A stretch of DNA of 64,000 nucleotides from Syntrophomonadaceae bacterium (GCA_003556225.1 PWRN01000041.1:7209-71208), one strand, 5' to 3'; shown: positions 17,288 to 27,472, counted from the first letter of the stretch. The notes: generated from the sequence alone by a model not told the origin. Translations and numbers: made by a program.

Positions 17288-18535
17288 GTGTTGCGGGGTG
17301 AGCATAAATTGAAAATTGTCGTCCAAAAGTTTGGCGGGACTTCTGTATCGACCCCGGAGAAGCGTCAAAACGTGGTCAAATGTGTCCAGGAGTCCCTTGA
17401 CCAGGGCTACCGCGTGGTCGTGGTGGTTTCGGCCATGGGGCGCCAGGGGGATCCCTATGCCACGGATACCCTGAAGGCCCTGGCGCTGGATGAATGCGCG
17501 GATATTTCGCTGCGGGAGCTTGACCTGATCATGTCCTGCGGAGAAACGATTTCCGCCGTTGTGATGGCTGCAAATTTGTCCAACCAGGGGATCCCCTCCT
17601 CTGCCATGAGCGGTATGCAGGCCGGCTTTATCACTGACGGACATTACAGTGAGGCCGAAGTGGTGGACTGCCAGCCTACCCGGGTGAAAGATAAGCTGCT
17701 GGAAGGAACAATCCCGGTGGTCGCGGGCTTCCAGGGCGCGGATGTTAGCGGGGAGGTCAACACCCTGGGCCGCGGGGGAAGTGATACATCGGCCGTCATT
17801 TTGGGTGCCGCCCTCGACGCGGAAAAAGTGGAAATCTATACCGATGTTTTGGGGATCATGACGGCTGATCCCAACCTGCTGAAAGAGGCCCGCGTGATCC
17901 AGCAGATCACGTACGGGGAAGTCTGCCAGCTGGCCTATGAAGGCGCGCGGGTGATCCATCCCCGGGCCGTAGAAGTCGCCATGCGGAACAATGTCTCGGT
18001 CGTTGTCAAAAACCCGGACAATTCCGGTCCAGGAACGCTGATTACGGGGGAATCTTCATTGCGAGACGGAAATTACAGCACCCGGGGCCGGCGGGCCGTT
18101 ACCGGGATTGCTCATGCCACGGACCTGGTACAATTTATCATTCGCTTCGAAGAACCGGATTCGGAGCGGGAATTAAAGGTTTTTCAGTCTATCGGTGAAG
18201 CCGGGGTGAATATCGATCTGATCAGCGTCTTCCCGGATATGAATGCATTTATCGTGAAAAAAGAACACAGCTACAAGGTGGAGAGCATTTTAAAAAACCT
18301 GGTCATCCCTTACCAGGTGGCCTGGGACTGCGCCAAGGTTTCGGTTGTCGGGGTCGGCATGCACAGCATGCCGGGGGTGATGGCCCGGGTGGTGAAAGCG
18401 CTCAACCAACAAAACATTGAAATTTTGCAATCCGGGGATTCCAACATTACCATTTCCTTGTTGCTCAAACAGGCGGATCTTCCCCTGGCCGTGCAAACTT
18501 TGCACGAAAATTTTCACCTGGCAGAGCAGGGCTAA
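17288..18535 (+). CDS. lysC: aspartokinase (catalytic domain plus ACT domains)
   Basis: IVVQKFGGTSV…VVVVSAMG kinase motifs and C-terminal tandem ACT domains; last gene of the L-box operon; the start could be GTG 17288 or TTG 17315. Confidence 0.85.
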   Translation: MLRGEHKLKIVVQKFGGTSVSTPEKRQNVVKCVQESLDQGYRVVVVVSAMGRQGDPYATDTLKALALDECADISLRELDLIMSCGETISAVVMAANLSNQGIPSSAMSGMQAGFITDGHYSEAEVVDCQPTRVKDKLLEGTIPVVAGFQGADVSGEVNTLGRGGSDTSAVILGAALDAEKVEIYTDVLGIMTADPNLLKEARVIQQITYGEVCQLAYEGARVIHPRAVEVAMRNNVSVVVKNPDNSGPGTLITGESSLRDGNYSTRGRRAVTGIAHATDLVQFIIRFEEPDSERELKVFQSIGEAGVNIDLISVFPDMNAFIVKKEHSYKVESILKNLVIPYQVAWDCAKVSVVGVGMHSMPGVMARVVKALNQQNIEILQSGDSNITISLLLKQADLPLAVQTLHENFHLAEQG

Positions 18536-18543
18536 AATAAAGC

Positions 18544-18572
18544 TTGACAAAGGCTTCAAGCAGCCTTACAAT
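18544..18572 (+). promoter_or_regulatory. near-consensus sigma-A promoter (TTGACA-17-TACAAT)
   Basis: read directly, 9 nt after the lysC stop. Confidence 0.65.
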
Positions 18573-18579
18573 AGCTTTT

Positions 18580-18906
18580 AACAACAACAGATGAAAAGTC
18601 GAAGATGGGGAGAAGTACGCGAGCGGGTCAAGCTCCAGAGAGCCGGGAAAGCTGTGAACCGGTGCCGGGCCTTCGCCGAAATACACCCCGGAGAAGCAGA
18701 CTGAAAGCAGAGGCATCCATGTTGGTTGCAGCTGCCGGTAGGCTCTGACGGGAGCTTCAGCCGTTACAGTGAAGGGGATATAAGGCCTGAGTTTACAAGC
18801 AGGTCCGTATCCTTAAGGTGAGGTGGGGCCTGCACAATTGGGGCTCAACCAGGGTGGTACCGCGTGAAGCATAAGCTTCCGTCCCTGAGGGGATGGGAGC
18901 TTTTTT
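18580..18906 (+). promoter_or_regulatory. T-box leader (riboswitch), probably tyrosine-specific, controlling aroF-tyrA-aroA
   Basis: conserved T-box sequence AACCAGGGUGGUACCGCG at 18847-18864; AGAGAG box in stem I; candidate specifier UAC followed by A at 18682-18685 (GAAAUACACC); terminator hairpin follows. Confidence 0.7.
18874..18906 (+). terminator. T-box terminator hairpin (AGCUUCCGUCCC…GGGAUGGGAGCUUUUUU)
   Basis: GC-rich stem plus a U6 run; its 5' arm overlaps the T-box antiterminator sequence. Confidence 0.65.
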
Positions 18907-18971
18907 CGTCAAAAGAGCGATTTGGGAGGATTCTTTCGTGCCAGTTAAATAATATGAGGAGGTTATTTGGG

Positions 18972-19985
18972 ATGATTGTCGTGCTGAACCCGGGTGTGGA
19001 TGAGGTAGAAATTAAGGAAGTGGAAGACAGGTTAAAAAGGTTGGGTTTCGGTGTGCACCGCTCCACGGGGGAAAATCGCACCATCCTGGGAGCGATTGGC
19101 GCGCCCAAGGAAGATGCGCGGGATGCCCTGCAGGTCATGCCCTGCGTGGAAAAAGTTGTGATTATATCCCAACCCTTTAAGTTGGTGAGCCGGGAATATA
19201 AGCGGCAAAAAACGGAATTCGAAGCAGGGGGCGCGATAGTGGGAGGCGACAAGGTGATCCTGGTAGCCGGCCCCTGTGCCGTTGAAGGGCGGGAGGCGTT
19301 TCTGGAAGCGGCGGAGCGGGCCAAGGAAGCCGGGGCGAATTTTTTGCGGGGTGGGGCATACAAGCCCCGGACTTCGCCGTACAGTTTCCAGGGCCTGGAG
19401 GAAGAAGGTTTGAAAATTATGGCGGAAGCGCGGGACCTAACAGGTTTGCCCATTGTGACTGAAGTGCTCGACCAACATTCCGTGGAGGTCGTGGCCCGCT
19501 ACGCAGATATTGTCCAGGTGGGCACCCGAAACATGCAAAACTTCAGGCTGTTAAGTGAGCTGGGCCGGATCGATCGCCCGATTTTGCTCAAGCGAGGGAT
19601 GTCGGCTACAATCGAAGAATGGCTGATGGCTGCAGAGTATATTGTCAGCGGGGGTAACCCCCGGGTTATTCTCTGCGAACGAGGGATTCGAACCTTTGAA
19701 ACTTATACCCGCAATACGCTGGACATCAGTGCTGTTCCCATCGCCAAGGAGTTGAGCCATCTTCCCGTATTTGTTGATCCCAGCCACGGGACCGGTGACT
19801 GGCGCTGGGTTACCCCGATGAGTTTGGCTGCCGTTGCTGCCGGCGCCGATGGCCTCATGGTGGAAGTGCATCCCCGGCCCCAGGAAGCCCTTTCCGACGG
19901 TGCCCAGTCTTTGACCCCGGAAAAATTTGTCGATCTGATCAGAATGGCGGAAAGGGTGGCGCAAAGTATTGGGAGAACAATCTGA
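18972..19985 (+). CDS. aroF: 3-deoxy-7-phosphoheptulonate (DAHP) synthase, Thermotoga type, with an N-terminal ferredoxin-like regulatory domain
   Basis: [28 protein letters not shown]… then …KPYKLVSREY…GPCAVEGRE…[17 protein letters not shown]…VDPSH… align along the full length with T. maritima DAHPS; RBS GAGGAGG. Confidence 0.85.
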   Translation: MIVVLNPGVDEVEIKEVEDRLKRLGFGVHRSTGENRTILGAIGAPKEDARDALQVMPCVEKVVIISQPFKLVSREYKRQKTEFEAGGAIVGGDKVILVAGPCAVEGREAFLEAAERAKEAGANFLRGGAYKPRTSPYSFQGLEEEGLKIMAEARDLTGLPIVTEVLDQHSVEVVARYADIVQVGTRNMQNFRLLSELGRIDRPILLKRGMSATIEEWLMAAEYIVSGGNPRVILCERGIRTFETYTRNTLDISAVPIAKELSHLPVFVDPSHGTGDWRWVTPMSLAAVAAGADGLMVEVHPRPQEALSDGAQSLTPEKFVDLIRMAERVAQSIGRTI

Positions 19986-21087
19986 AATCCCTTTGTTCAC
20001 AAAATGCTGTATCATTGGTCTGGGCCTGATGGGCGGTTCCCTGGGGATGGCGCTGGGTCGATACGGGGTTGTTGAAGAACGCTGGGGTTATGATCGTGAT
20101 GAAAATGTCATGGATGAAGCACGGAACCGGGATGCTGTGGATCGGACCGGCGAGCTGCCTGAGGCCCTGGAGGCAGCGGACCTGGTCGTCCTGGCGCTGC
20201 CGGTGCGGCAAGCAACGGAGATGGTCCGGCAGATTGCGCCCCTGTTAAAGCCTGGCGCGCTGGTCACGGATTTGGGAAGCACGAAAAGAACCCTGCTTGA
20301 TGCCATGAACCACTGGCTTCCCCGGGGAGTGGACGCCGTGGGTGGCCACCCCATGGCGGGATCAGAAAAGGCGGGTATCCAGGCGGCAGACCCGCTGCTG
20401 CTGGAAAACGCCGTGTATTTGCTAACACCGGCTGCCGGGACACCTCGCCAGGCGGTGATGACCATGGAAAAAATGGTGCAATCCATCAAGGCGCATCCTA
20501 TCGTGCTGGAGGCCGAAGAGCACGATCAGCTGGTAGCCCTGGTAAGTCATCTACCCCACTTGCTGGCCGTAGCCCTGGTCAACACGGTGCGGCACACCGG
20601 GGAAGAACAGGAACTGATCAAACTTTTGGCCGGGGGAGGTTTCCGAGACACCACGCGGATAGCCTTGGGCAACACGGCGGTCTGGTATGATATTTTTTCC
20701 ACTAACTCCCGCCATTTAAAGAAAGCTTTGCAAAGATTCCAGGAAGAGTTAAAGGCCTTGTGGCTGCTATTGGAGAAAGAAGAAGGGGCCGCCCACATGG
20801 CCCTGGAAGAGGCAAAGGCCTTTCGGCGTGCCATGCCTTACCGCGGAAAAGGCATGCTGCCGGAAATCTTCCAGTTAATCCTGGCGCTCCCCGATGTGCC
20901 TGGAATTATCGGTAAAGTGGCTACTTTGATCGGTGATGCCGGTTTGAATATCAGTGAAATTGAAGTATTAAAGAACCGGGAAGAAGAGGGCGGAAGCATT
21001 CGCCTGGGCTTTAGCCTGCTGGAGGAACGGGACCAGGCCCTGCAGGTCCTGGAGGACCAGGGCTTCCGCTGCTGGAAAAAAGGTTAG
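19969..21087 (+). CDS. tyrA: prephenate dehydrogenase with a C-terminal ACT domain
   Basis: IIGLGLMGGSLGMAL NAD-binding fold; dehydrogenase core; C-terminal ACT domain (PDVPGIIGKVATLIGDAGLNISEIEVL); start uncertain (TTG 19969 or 19993). Confidence 0.8.
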   Translation: MGEQSEIPLFTKCCIIGLGLMGGSLGMALGRYGVVEERWGYDRDENVMDEARNRDAVDRTGELPEALEAADLVVLALPVRQATEMVRQIAPLLKPGALVTDLGSTKRTLLDAMNHWLPRGVDAVGGHPMAGSEKAGIQAADPLLLENAVYLLTPAAGTPRQAVMTMEKMVQSIKAHPIVLEAEEHDQLVALVSHLPHLLAVALVNTVRHTGEEQELIKLLAGGGFRDTTRIALGNTAVWYDIFSTNSRHLKKALQRFQEELKALWLLLEKEEGAAHMALEEAKAFRRAMPYRGKGMLPEIFQLILALPDVPGIIGKVATLIGDAGLNISEIEVLKNREEEGGSIRLGFSLLEERDQALQVLEDQGFRCWKKG

Positions 21088-21276
21088 GGATCGCGCCAGA
21101 AAGTAATGAAAAGGAAGAAAAAAGCAAGGAAACGGGAAACGCCCGGGCAAATATGAAGTTCAGCCTTATGCTGCCGGGTTTGGGAGACTATACGGCAGCT
21201 TCGAGAGCGGGAACGAATCAAAGCATGATCCGGATCTTCCCGGGTGTGAAGCGAACAAAAAGGGGTGCAATAAACG

Positions 21277-22569
21277 ATGCAAATAAAGATCGAGCCTGCG
21301 GAACATTGTCGGGGAGCTCTTTCAGTTCCCGGAGATAAGTCCATCTCTCACCGGGCGATTATCCTGGCCTCCCTGACAGAAGAGGTCGTGGGCATCGAAG
21401 GGTTTTTAGATGCGGAAGACCCCAGGTCTACTCTGGTGTGTATGCAGGCGTTGGGGGTAAAGATCGAGCAGCAGGGAACGCTAATCCGGGTCCACGGCGC
21501 CGGCATAAATGGTCTAAGAGAGCCATCCACCATCCTCGATGCGGGCAATTCCGGCACGACGGCCCGGTTATTGACGGGCCTTTTGGCCGGACGACCTTTC
21601 TATGCCGTTTTGACCGGCGATAGTTCTTTGAGAATGCGTCCCATGGCCAGGGTGACCGAGCCTTTAAAAAGAATGGGCGCCTGCATTGACGGCAGGGAGA
21701 GCGGAAGACTTTTGCCGCTTTCCATCCGGGGGGGCGGCCTTACTCCCCTGGTCTTTCATTCCCCTGTCGCCAGTGCCCAGGTCAAGTCCGCCGTTCTCCT
21801 GGCGGCGCTGCAGGCCGGGGGTAGAACGGAGATCACAGAGCCGGGCATATCCAGGGACCATACGGAAAGGATGCTCCAGCATTTTGGCGTGCCTCTCAGG
21901 TGGGGAAAACAGGGAGAAATTATCCTGGAAGGACCGGTAAAAAGCCTCAAGGCAGAGCAGGTCAGGGTGCCGGGCGATATTTCTTCCGCCGCCTTTTTCC
22001 TGGTGGCAGGGGCCCTGGCTCCTGCGGGAGAGCTGCTGATCCACGAGGTGGGTCTGAACCCGACCCGTACCGGCCTGCTGGATGTGCTGGATCGCATGGG
22101 GGCCCAAATTACCATTTTAAATCAGCAAGAGAACAATGGAGAACCCGTGGGTGACATTTTAGTCAGGGGCGGAAAAAGGCTTGTAGGGGTTGATATCACC
22201 GCGGAGATGATCCCCAGGCTCATCGATGAAATCCCGGTGCTGGCGGTGGCAGCGGCTTTTGCCCGGGGAACAACCCGGATAGAGGGTGCCGGAGAGCTCA
22301 GGGTCAAAGAAAGTGACCGCCTGCATGTATTGAGCCAGGAGCTGGGTAAACTGGGGGCACAAATTGAAGAGCTACCCGACGGCCTCACTATCCAGGGCAG
22401 CAGGGCGATCTCCGGCGGAAGTGTTTCCAGCCACGGAGATCACCGCATTGCCATGGCCCTGGCGGTAGCCGGCTTGTTTGCGGAAAAAGAGACGATTATT
22501 GACGGGGTGGAGTCGGTCCAGGTCTCTTTTCCCGGTTTTTTCGACCGGTTAAAAGATATTACCCGCTAA
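21277..22569 (+). CDS. aroA: 3-phosphoshikimate 1-carboxyvinyltransferase (EPSP synthase)
   Basis: 430 aa; VPGDKSISHRA…, LDAGNSGTTARLL and LRVKESDR motifs. Confidence 0.9.
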   Translation: MQIKIEPAEHCRGALSVPGDKSISHRAIILASLTEEVVGIEGFLDAEDPRSTLVCMQALGVKIEQQGTLIRVHGAGINGLREPSTILDAGNSGTTARLLTGLLAGRPFYAVLTGDSSLRMRPMARVTEPLKRMGACIDGRESGRLLPLSIRGGGLTPLVFHSPVASAQVKSAVLLAALQAGGRTEITEPGISRDHTERMLQHFGVPLRWGKQGEIILEGPVKSLKAEQVRVPGDISSAAFFLVAGALAPAGELLIHEVGLNPTRTGLLDVLDRMGAQITILNQQENNGEPVGDILVRGGKRLVGVDITAEMIPRLIDEIPVLAVAAAFARGTTRIEGAGELRVKESDRLHVLSQELGKLGAQIEELPDGLTIQGSRAISGGSVSSHGDHRIAMALAVAGLFAEKETIIDGVESVQVSFPGFFDRLKDITR

Positions 22570-22617
22570 TGTTCATTCGAAAAAGAGGATTTATCTTTAA
22601 AAAACAGAATAACTATT

Positions 22618-24195
22618 ATGCTATCGGGTGTAATCAGTCTTCGCGACCGTTTACCTGATGTTTGCGCTTATTTTTCTTCTGACGAGAAAGGCGGCCTGAC
22701 CTTCCCGGTAAAGGTTGGCCAATTCTTATCACTACAGCGAAAGGATATGCTAGATATGTTTTCATCGGTTCGGGACCTGGGTAGACTCTATCCGGCCTTC
22801 TTTGTGCGCTACCTGCAAAAAGACCCCGAAATTATGCAGCACCTTTCGAAGCCATACCAGCACGTGGAGAGCTATCGCGACCTGGCAGAAACGTTGACCC
22901 GGTGGCAGCGTTCCTGGAATACGCCCCGGGACCTCCTGGCAGAGCAGAATGCAGGGAACCAGCAGGCCGCGTCGGCGGGGCTGCTGGATAAAATCAAGGA
23001 TAACAATACAGTGTTTGTCATTACCGGTCAGCAGCCGGGCCTGCTGACCGGTCCACTTTACGGCATTTATAAAGCGATCACAGCGGTAAAGCTGGCCGAA
23101 CGCCTGGAAACAGTCCTGCAAAAACCGGTCCAGCCCCTGTTTTGGGTAGCCAACGAGGATCATAACGTGTTTGACCTCTTCAGGTTCTACTTGCAAAACC
23201 ACACGGGCAAAATTTCCCGGATCCGCATGTCCTTTCCCGGGTTCGGCCTGCCGGTGGGAGAAATCCAGTTGGTGAAAGACCGCATGTTCACCGTGCTGGA
23301 GCGTTTGCAAGAACTGACTCCACAGACTGCGTATAAGAAAGAAGTGATGGAAGACCTGCACGAGATTACGACCCGTTCCAGCACCTTGTCGGACTGGTTT
23401 ATTCATTTGATGCAGCAGCTTTTCCACCACCGGGAGCTGGGTTTTATTGATCCCCTGCAGCTCTCCAAAAAGGGAGCGTATACCTCTTTACTGCTCAAAA
23501 CCCTGGAAGTAGGTCCCCAGATACACCAGGCCATCGCTGAGGCGGAGAAGCAGCTGGAAACAAGTGGCTTCACGCCGCAGGTGAGGAGAACTGGACAGGA
23601 ATCCTTTATCATGATAGTCTGGAAAGGAAGACGGTACGCCCTTAATCGGGACAAAGAACAATTCTTCACGGCCAAGGGCGAGCTTTCCCTGACCCGTTAC
23701 GAGCTCATGTCCATGATTCAAGAGAACCCGGGTTCATTCAGCCCTAACGTGCTGCTGAGGCCGATCTTCCAGGACAGCCTTTTCCCGAACCTGGCCTATG
23801 TCCCTGGGCCGGGAGAGTTGGCCTATTTTGCACAAATTCCAGGCGTTTACCGCCTCTTCGGCCTTGACATGCCGGTTTTGTTTCCTCGCCTGGGGGTGAC
23901 CTTGCGGGGAGCCCGGCAGCAGCGGCAACTCCAGGCGCAGGGCCTTACCTTCGAGGAGACCCTGGCTTACGCCCAATCTGTGTGTGAAAACCCCGAAAAG
24001 AAAGCGGGGGAATCCCCCCGGCAGGAGGAAATCCGGGAGTACTTCTGGCCCCGGTGCAGCCCCCAGGAAAGAGTTTTTACGCTATTTCCGTATTTAATCG
24101 AATATGGCTATTCCTTTTGGGATCGCTTCTGTAAAGAATTCCCTGTGGAAGAAGGACATTACATCTATGATCTTGGGGAGAGTGAGATTTCATGA
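22618..24195 (+). CDS. bshC: bacillithiol biosynthesis cysteine-adding enzyme BshC (YllA family)
   Basis: Can be aligned by eye to B. subtilis BshC: TGQQPGLLTGPLYGIYK / GGQQAGLLTGPLYTIHK; PLFWVANEDHN / PIFWVAGEDHD; NVLLRPIFQDSLFPNLAYVPGPGE / [24 protein letters not shown]. Confidence 0.8.
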   Translation: MLSGVISLRDRLPDVCAYFSSDEKGGLTFPVKVGQFLSLQRKDMLDMFSSVRDLGRLYPAFFVRYLQKDPEIMQHLSKPYQHVESYRDLAETLTRWQRSWNTPRDLLAEQNAGNQQAASAGLLDKIKDNNTVFVITGQQPGLLTGPLYGIYKAITAVKLAERLETVLQKPVQPLFWVANEDHNVFDLFRFYLQNHTGKISRIRMSFPGFGLPVGEIQLVKDRMFTVLERLQELTPQTAYKKEVMEDLHEITTRSSTLSDWFIHLMQQLFHHRELGFIDPLQLSKKGAYTSLLLKTLEVGPQIHQAIAEAEKQLETSGFTPQVRRTGQESFIMIVWKGRRYALNRDKEQFFTAKGELSLTRYELMSMIQENPGSFSPNVLLRPIFQDSLFPNLAYVPGPGELAYFAQIPGVYRLFGLDMPVLFPRLGVTLRGARQQRQLQAQGLTFEETLAYAQSVCENPEKKAGESPRQEEIREYFWPRCSPQERVFTLFPYLIEYGYSFWDRFCKEFPVEEGHYIYDLGESEIS

Positions 24196-24905
24196 ACCTG
24201 GATTTGCTGGCTTTCGGCCCCCACCCCGATGATGTCGAAATTGGTGCAGGGGGGATCCTGGCCCGTCATGCGGAATGGGGCTATCGCTGCGGAATCGTAG
24301 ACCTGACGGCCGGCGAGATGTCCAGCAACGGGACAGTGGAAGAGCGAAAAATCGAGGCGCAGAACGCTAAAGAGGTGCTGGGGTGTTTGCTCCGGGACTG
24401 CCTTCACCTGCCCGATGCCCACCTGGAAACAAACCAAGATAGTATCTACAAGGTAATTTCTGCATTGAGGAAACATCGGCCCCGGGTCGTGTTGGCCCCT
24501 TACTACAAGGATGATCGACACCCGGACCACAGTACAGCGGGGGAACTGGTGCGGCGAGCCGTTTATCTTTCCGGCCTGAAACGCCTCCCCCTGGGGGGGG
24601 AACCCTTTCGGCCCGGCAAGCTTTACTTTTTCTTGCTATCGGTGCAGCGTGAACCGGACTTCATCGTGGATATTTCATCGGTTTATGAAAAAAAAGAAGA
24701 GGCCATCCGGGCTCACCTGAGCCAGTTTTACCATCATCGATCGGACCGCAAGCCGACCCTGGTGAACGATCCATTTTTTATCCGTTATATCAAGAGCCGA
24801 GACAGCTACCTGGGGTCGCTGATCGGTACGGCCCAGGGGGAAGGACTGGTTGCCCACGAGATACCGGCCGTCTCTGATCTCGTGCAATGGAGTGAGCTAG
24901 AATGA
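24192..24905 (+). CDS. bshB: LmbE/PIG-L family N-acetylglucosaminyl-malate deacetylase (BshB)
   Basis: LAFGPHPDDVEIGAGG… and HPDH metal-site motifs; 4-nt overlap with bshC. Confidence 0.8.
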   Translation: MNLDLLAFGPHPDDVEIGAGGILARHAEWGYRCGIVDLTAGEMSSNGTVEERKIEAQNAKEVLGCLLRDCLHLPDAHLETNQDSIYKVISALRKHRPRVVLAPYYKDDRHPDHSTAGELVRRAVYLSGLKRLPLGGEPFRPGKLYFFLLSVQREPDFIVDISSVYEKKEEAIRAHLSQFYHHRSDRKPTLVNDPFFIRYIKSRDSYLGSLIGTAQGEGLVAHEIPAVSDLVQWSELE

Positions 24906-26050
24906 AAATCGGGATTTTGTGTTTTCCCACGCCCGGCGGCAGCGGGGTCGTGGCGACGGAACTGGGCAAAGAGCTGTCCCGCAGGGGGCATGAGATCCAC
25001 ATCATCGCTTACGAGACTCCTTTTCGCCTCGAGAATACAGATCACATTCACTTTCACCAGGTCAACCTGAGGGAATACCCGCTTTTCCCTCACCCCTTCC
25101 TAACCATCGAAATCACGGCAAAACTGGTCGAGGTGCTGGACAGGTATTCCCTGGATATCATTCACGTGCATTATGCCCTGCCAAATGCCCTTTCCGCGGT
25201 TCTGGCCCGGGAAATAGCTGGAAAGGTGCGCATCGTTACCACCGTGCACGGCACCGATGTGACCGTTTGGGGGAAAGAGCCCTCCCTGCAGCCGGTCATT
25301 CGCTACGGCTTGGAACAGAGCGATGCCGTAAGTGCGGTATCTCACGACCTGAAGAATGAAGTCTATTCATCTTTTGGCCTGGATAAAGGGGTGCAGGTGA
25401 TCCCAAATTTTGTGGACACCCGCGCGTTTTCCAGGCTGCCCGACAGTTCCCTGCGGTCCCAGCTGGCCCGGGACGGCGAAAAAATCATCCTGCACGTTTC
25501 CAATTTCCGCCCCGTGAAGCGGCTCCAGGACTTGATCACAGCTTTTTTTCGGCTGCAGCGGTGCAACCCCGGGACCAGGCTGGTGCTGGCGGGGGATGGC
25601 GCAGAGCGAGAGCCGGCGGAGAAGCTGGTGCATGACCTGGGTTTAGCCTCCCAGGTGATTTTCCTGGGAACCCGGGCTGAGCTGGTTCAGCTCTATTCGG
25701 CCGCGGACTTGTTTGTGCTCCCCTCGGAGAAAGAAAGTTTCGGGTTGTCCGCGCTGGAAGCCATGGCTTGCCGTGTGCCTGTTGTGGCGACCGAGACAGG
25801 GGGGTTGCCGGAGGTTGTCGAGCATGGAAAAACCGGACTGCTGGTCCCCGTTGGCGATACTGAAGCGCTGTCCGCATCCATGGCGACCTTGCTGGGAAAC
25901 CCGATTTTACACGCGCAGATGGCTGCCCGGTCCCGGGAGAAGGCCGAGAAATTTTCTCCAGAGAATATTGTTCCCCAGTATGAAGCGTTTTACCAGCGGG
26001 TATTTTCCGCGCTGGGACTTCAAGGCTCCACGGGAAACCCTACTGGATAA
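24902..26050 (+). CDS. bshA: GT4 glycosyltransferase, bacillithiol biosynthesis BshA
   Basis: [35 protein letters not shown]… is very similar to the B. subtilis BshA N-terminus ([34 protein letters not shown]); C-terminal EX7E GT4 motif. Confidence 0.85.
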   Translation: MKIGILCFPTPGGSGVVATELGKELSRRGHEIHIIAYETPFRLENTDHIHFHQVNLREYPLFPHPFLTIEITAKLVEVLDRYSLDIIHVHYALPNALSAVLAREIAGKVRIVTTVHGTDVTVWGKEPSLQPVIRYGLEQSDAVSAVSHDLKNEVYSSFGLDKGVQVIPNFVDTRAFSRLPDSSLRSQLARDGEKIILHVSNFRPVKRLQDLITAFFRLQRCNPGTRLVLAGDGAEREPAEKLVHDLGLASQVIFLGTRAELVQLYSAADLFVLPSEKESFGLSALEAMACRVPVVATETGGLPEVVEHGKTGLLVPVGDTEALSASMATLLGNPILHAQMAARSREKAEKFSPENIVPQYEAFYQRVFSALGLQGSTGNPTG

Positions 26051-26096
26051 ACACACCTGGTTTTTACATCGACGATACAGGGAGGCGGCACACAAC

Positions 26097-26723
26097 TTGA
26101 TCGCAGTAGTTGACTACGGCATAGGGAATGTTACCAGCGTGCAAAACGCTTTTGAGCTGCTGGGGATTGAAACGGTTTTGACCCACGACAGGGAGCTGTT
26201 GGACCAGTGTTCGGGAATTGTTGTCCCCGGGGTCGGCGCCTTCGGGTGGGCTGCCCAGGACTTGGAGCAAAAAGGGTTGGTGCAATATTTGAAATACCGG
26301 GAAAGTACAAAAACATTTATCCTGGGCATTTGCCTGGGGCTGCAGTTGTTTTTCGAGGAGAGCGAAGAGGATCCGGGTTTTGAGGGGATACACTTTTTCC
26401 CGGGGAAAGTCGTCCGCTTTCCCGCTGACGTAAAGGTGCCCCACATGGGCTGGAACCGGATATTTTTTAACCGGCCCGATCCGCTTTTTGCAGACGTTCC
26501 CGATGCCAGCCATTTTTATTTTGCCCACTCGTATTATGCCAGCCCGGAAAACGAGGAATTCGCGCTGGCACATTGTCACTACGGCACCTCTTTTGCTGCA
26601 GCCGTAAAGCGAAACACGGTCTACGGGCTGCAGTTTCACCCCGAAAAAAGCGGCGGGGTGGGGCTGAAGATTTTACGAAATTTTGAAAGGATGGTATCTC
26701 ATGCAGCTGATTCCCGCCATTGA
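26097..26723 (+). CDS. hisH: imidazole glycerol phosphate synthase, glutamine amidotransferase subunit
   Basis: LIAVVDYGIGNV… start (TTG 26097 after GGGAGG); catalytic GICLGLQ; the ORF-track start 25713 is an in-frame overlap with bshA. Confidence 0.85.
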   Translation: MIAVVDYGIGNVTSVQNAFELLGIETVLTHDRELLDQCSGIVVPGVGAFGWAAQDLEQKGLVQYLKYRESTKTFILGICLGLQLFFEESEEDPGFEGIHFFPGKVVRFPADVKVPHMGWNRIFFNRPDPLFADVPDASHFYFAHSYYASPENEEFALAHCHYGTSFAAAVKRNTVYGLQFHPEKSGGVGLKILRNFERMVSHAADSRH

Positions 26724-27432
26724 CCTGCACGGAGGCAAATGCGTGCGACTCCTCATGGGCCAAAGGGAAAAAGAAACGATTTACAGCGATAATCCGGCCG
26801 AGATGGCCTGGAAATGGGAAAGGGAAGGCGCACATCGCCTCCACGTGGTCGACCTGGACGGTGCATTCGATGGCGCGCCGGCCAACACCGTGTTGATCAA
26901 GGAGATGGCTTCCCGCTTAACCATCCCGCTGCAGCTGGGCGGCGGCATACGCAGCCGCGAGGTGGCCGAAAGCGCTTTTAAGCTGGGTATTCAGCGGGTG
27001 ATCCTGGGGACCGTAGCCGTGGAGCAGCCCCAACTGGTTCGTGAGCTGGTCCAAACCTACGCAGACAGGATTATCGTGGGAATTGACGCCCGGGATGGTC
27101 TGGTGGCGATCAAGGGTTGGGTGCAGGGAGCAGGCCTTGACGCGGTCGAGTTCGCCCGCAGCATGCAGGATTACGGGGTGCAGGAGATCATATACACGGA
27201 TATCGCACGGGACGGCACGCTCCAAGGCCCCAACCTGCCCGCGCTAGAGAACCTGGCCCGGGAGTTGGATATATCCATTATTGCCTCAGGAGGTATTGCA
27301 ACCCTGGAAGATTTGAGAAAGGTGAAAGGCCTCGAACCCCTGGGGGTTCGAGGAGTGATCGTGGGCCAGGCCCTCTATGCGGGCAAATTTACCCTGCAGG
27401 AAGCCCTGGCCGCGCTGCAAAACAGCGCGTAA
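26701..27432 (+). CDS. hisA: 1-(5-phosphoribosyl)-5-[(5-phosphoribosylamino)methylideneamino]imidazole-4-carboxamide isomerase
   Basis: [17 protein letters not shown]… and (βα)8 HisA motifs; overlaps the hisH end. Confidence 0.85.
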   Translation: MQLIPAIDLHGGKCVRLLMGQREKETIYSDNPAEMAWKWEREGAHRLHVVDLDGAFDGAPANTVLIKEMASRLTIPLQLGGGIRSREVAESAFKLGIQRVILGTVAVEQPQLVRELVQTYADRIIVGIDARDGLVAIKGWVQGAGLDAVEFARSMQDYGVQEIIYTDIARDGTLQGPNLPALENLARELDISIIASGGIATLEDLRKVKGLEPLGVRGVIVGQALYAGKFTLQEALAALQNSA

Positions 27433-27472
27433 GGCAGGCCTATCTTTTTGTATTTATTGGAGGGATGATCAG

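Noticed and set aside
25713-26096. N-terminally extended ORF-track starts that overlap the preceding gene (hisH 25713, hisF 27377, aroB 30484, dapF 14011, flxC-like 8517, aspS 41995, mraZ 46006, murD 54115, murB 57861, murA 58745, HD protein 31856)
   Set aside because: Homology to known N-termini and RBS placement support internal starts. The extensions are in-frame read-through of the upstream gene's 3' region.
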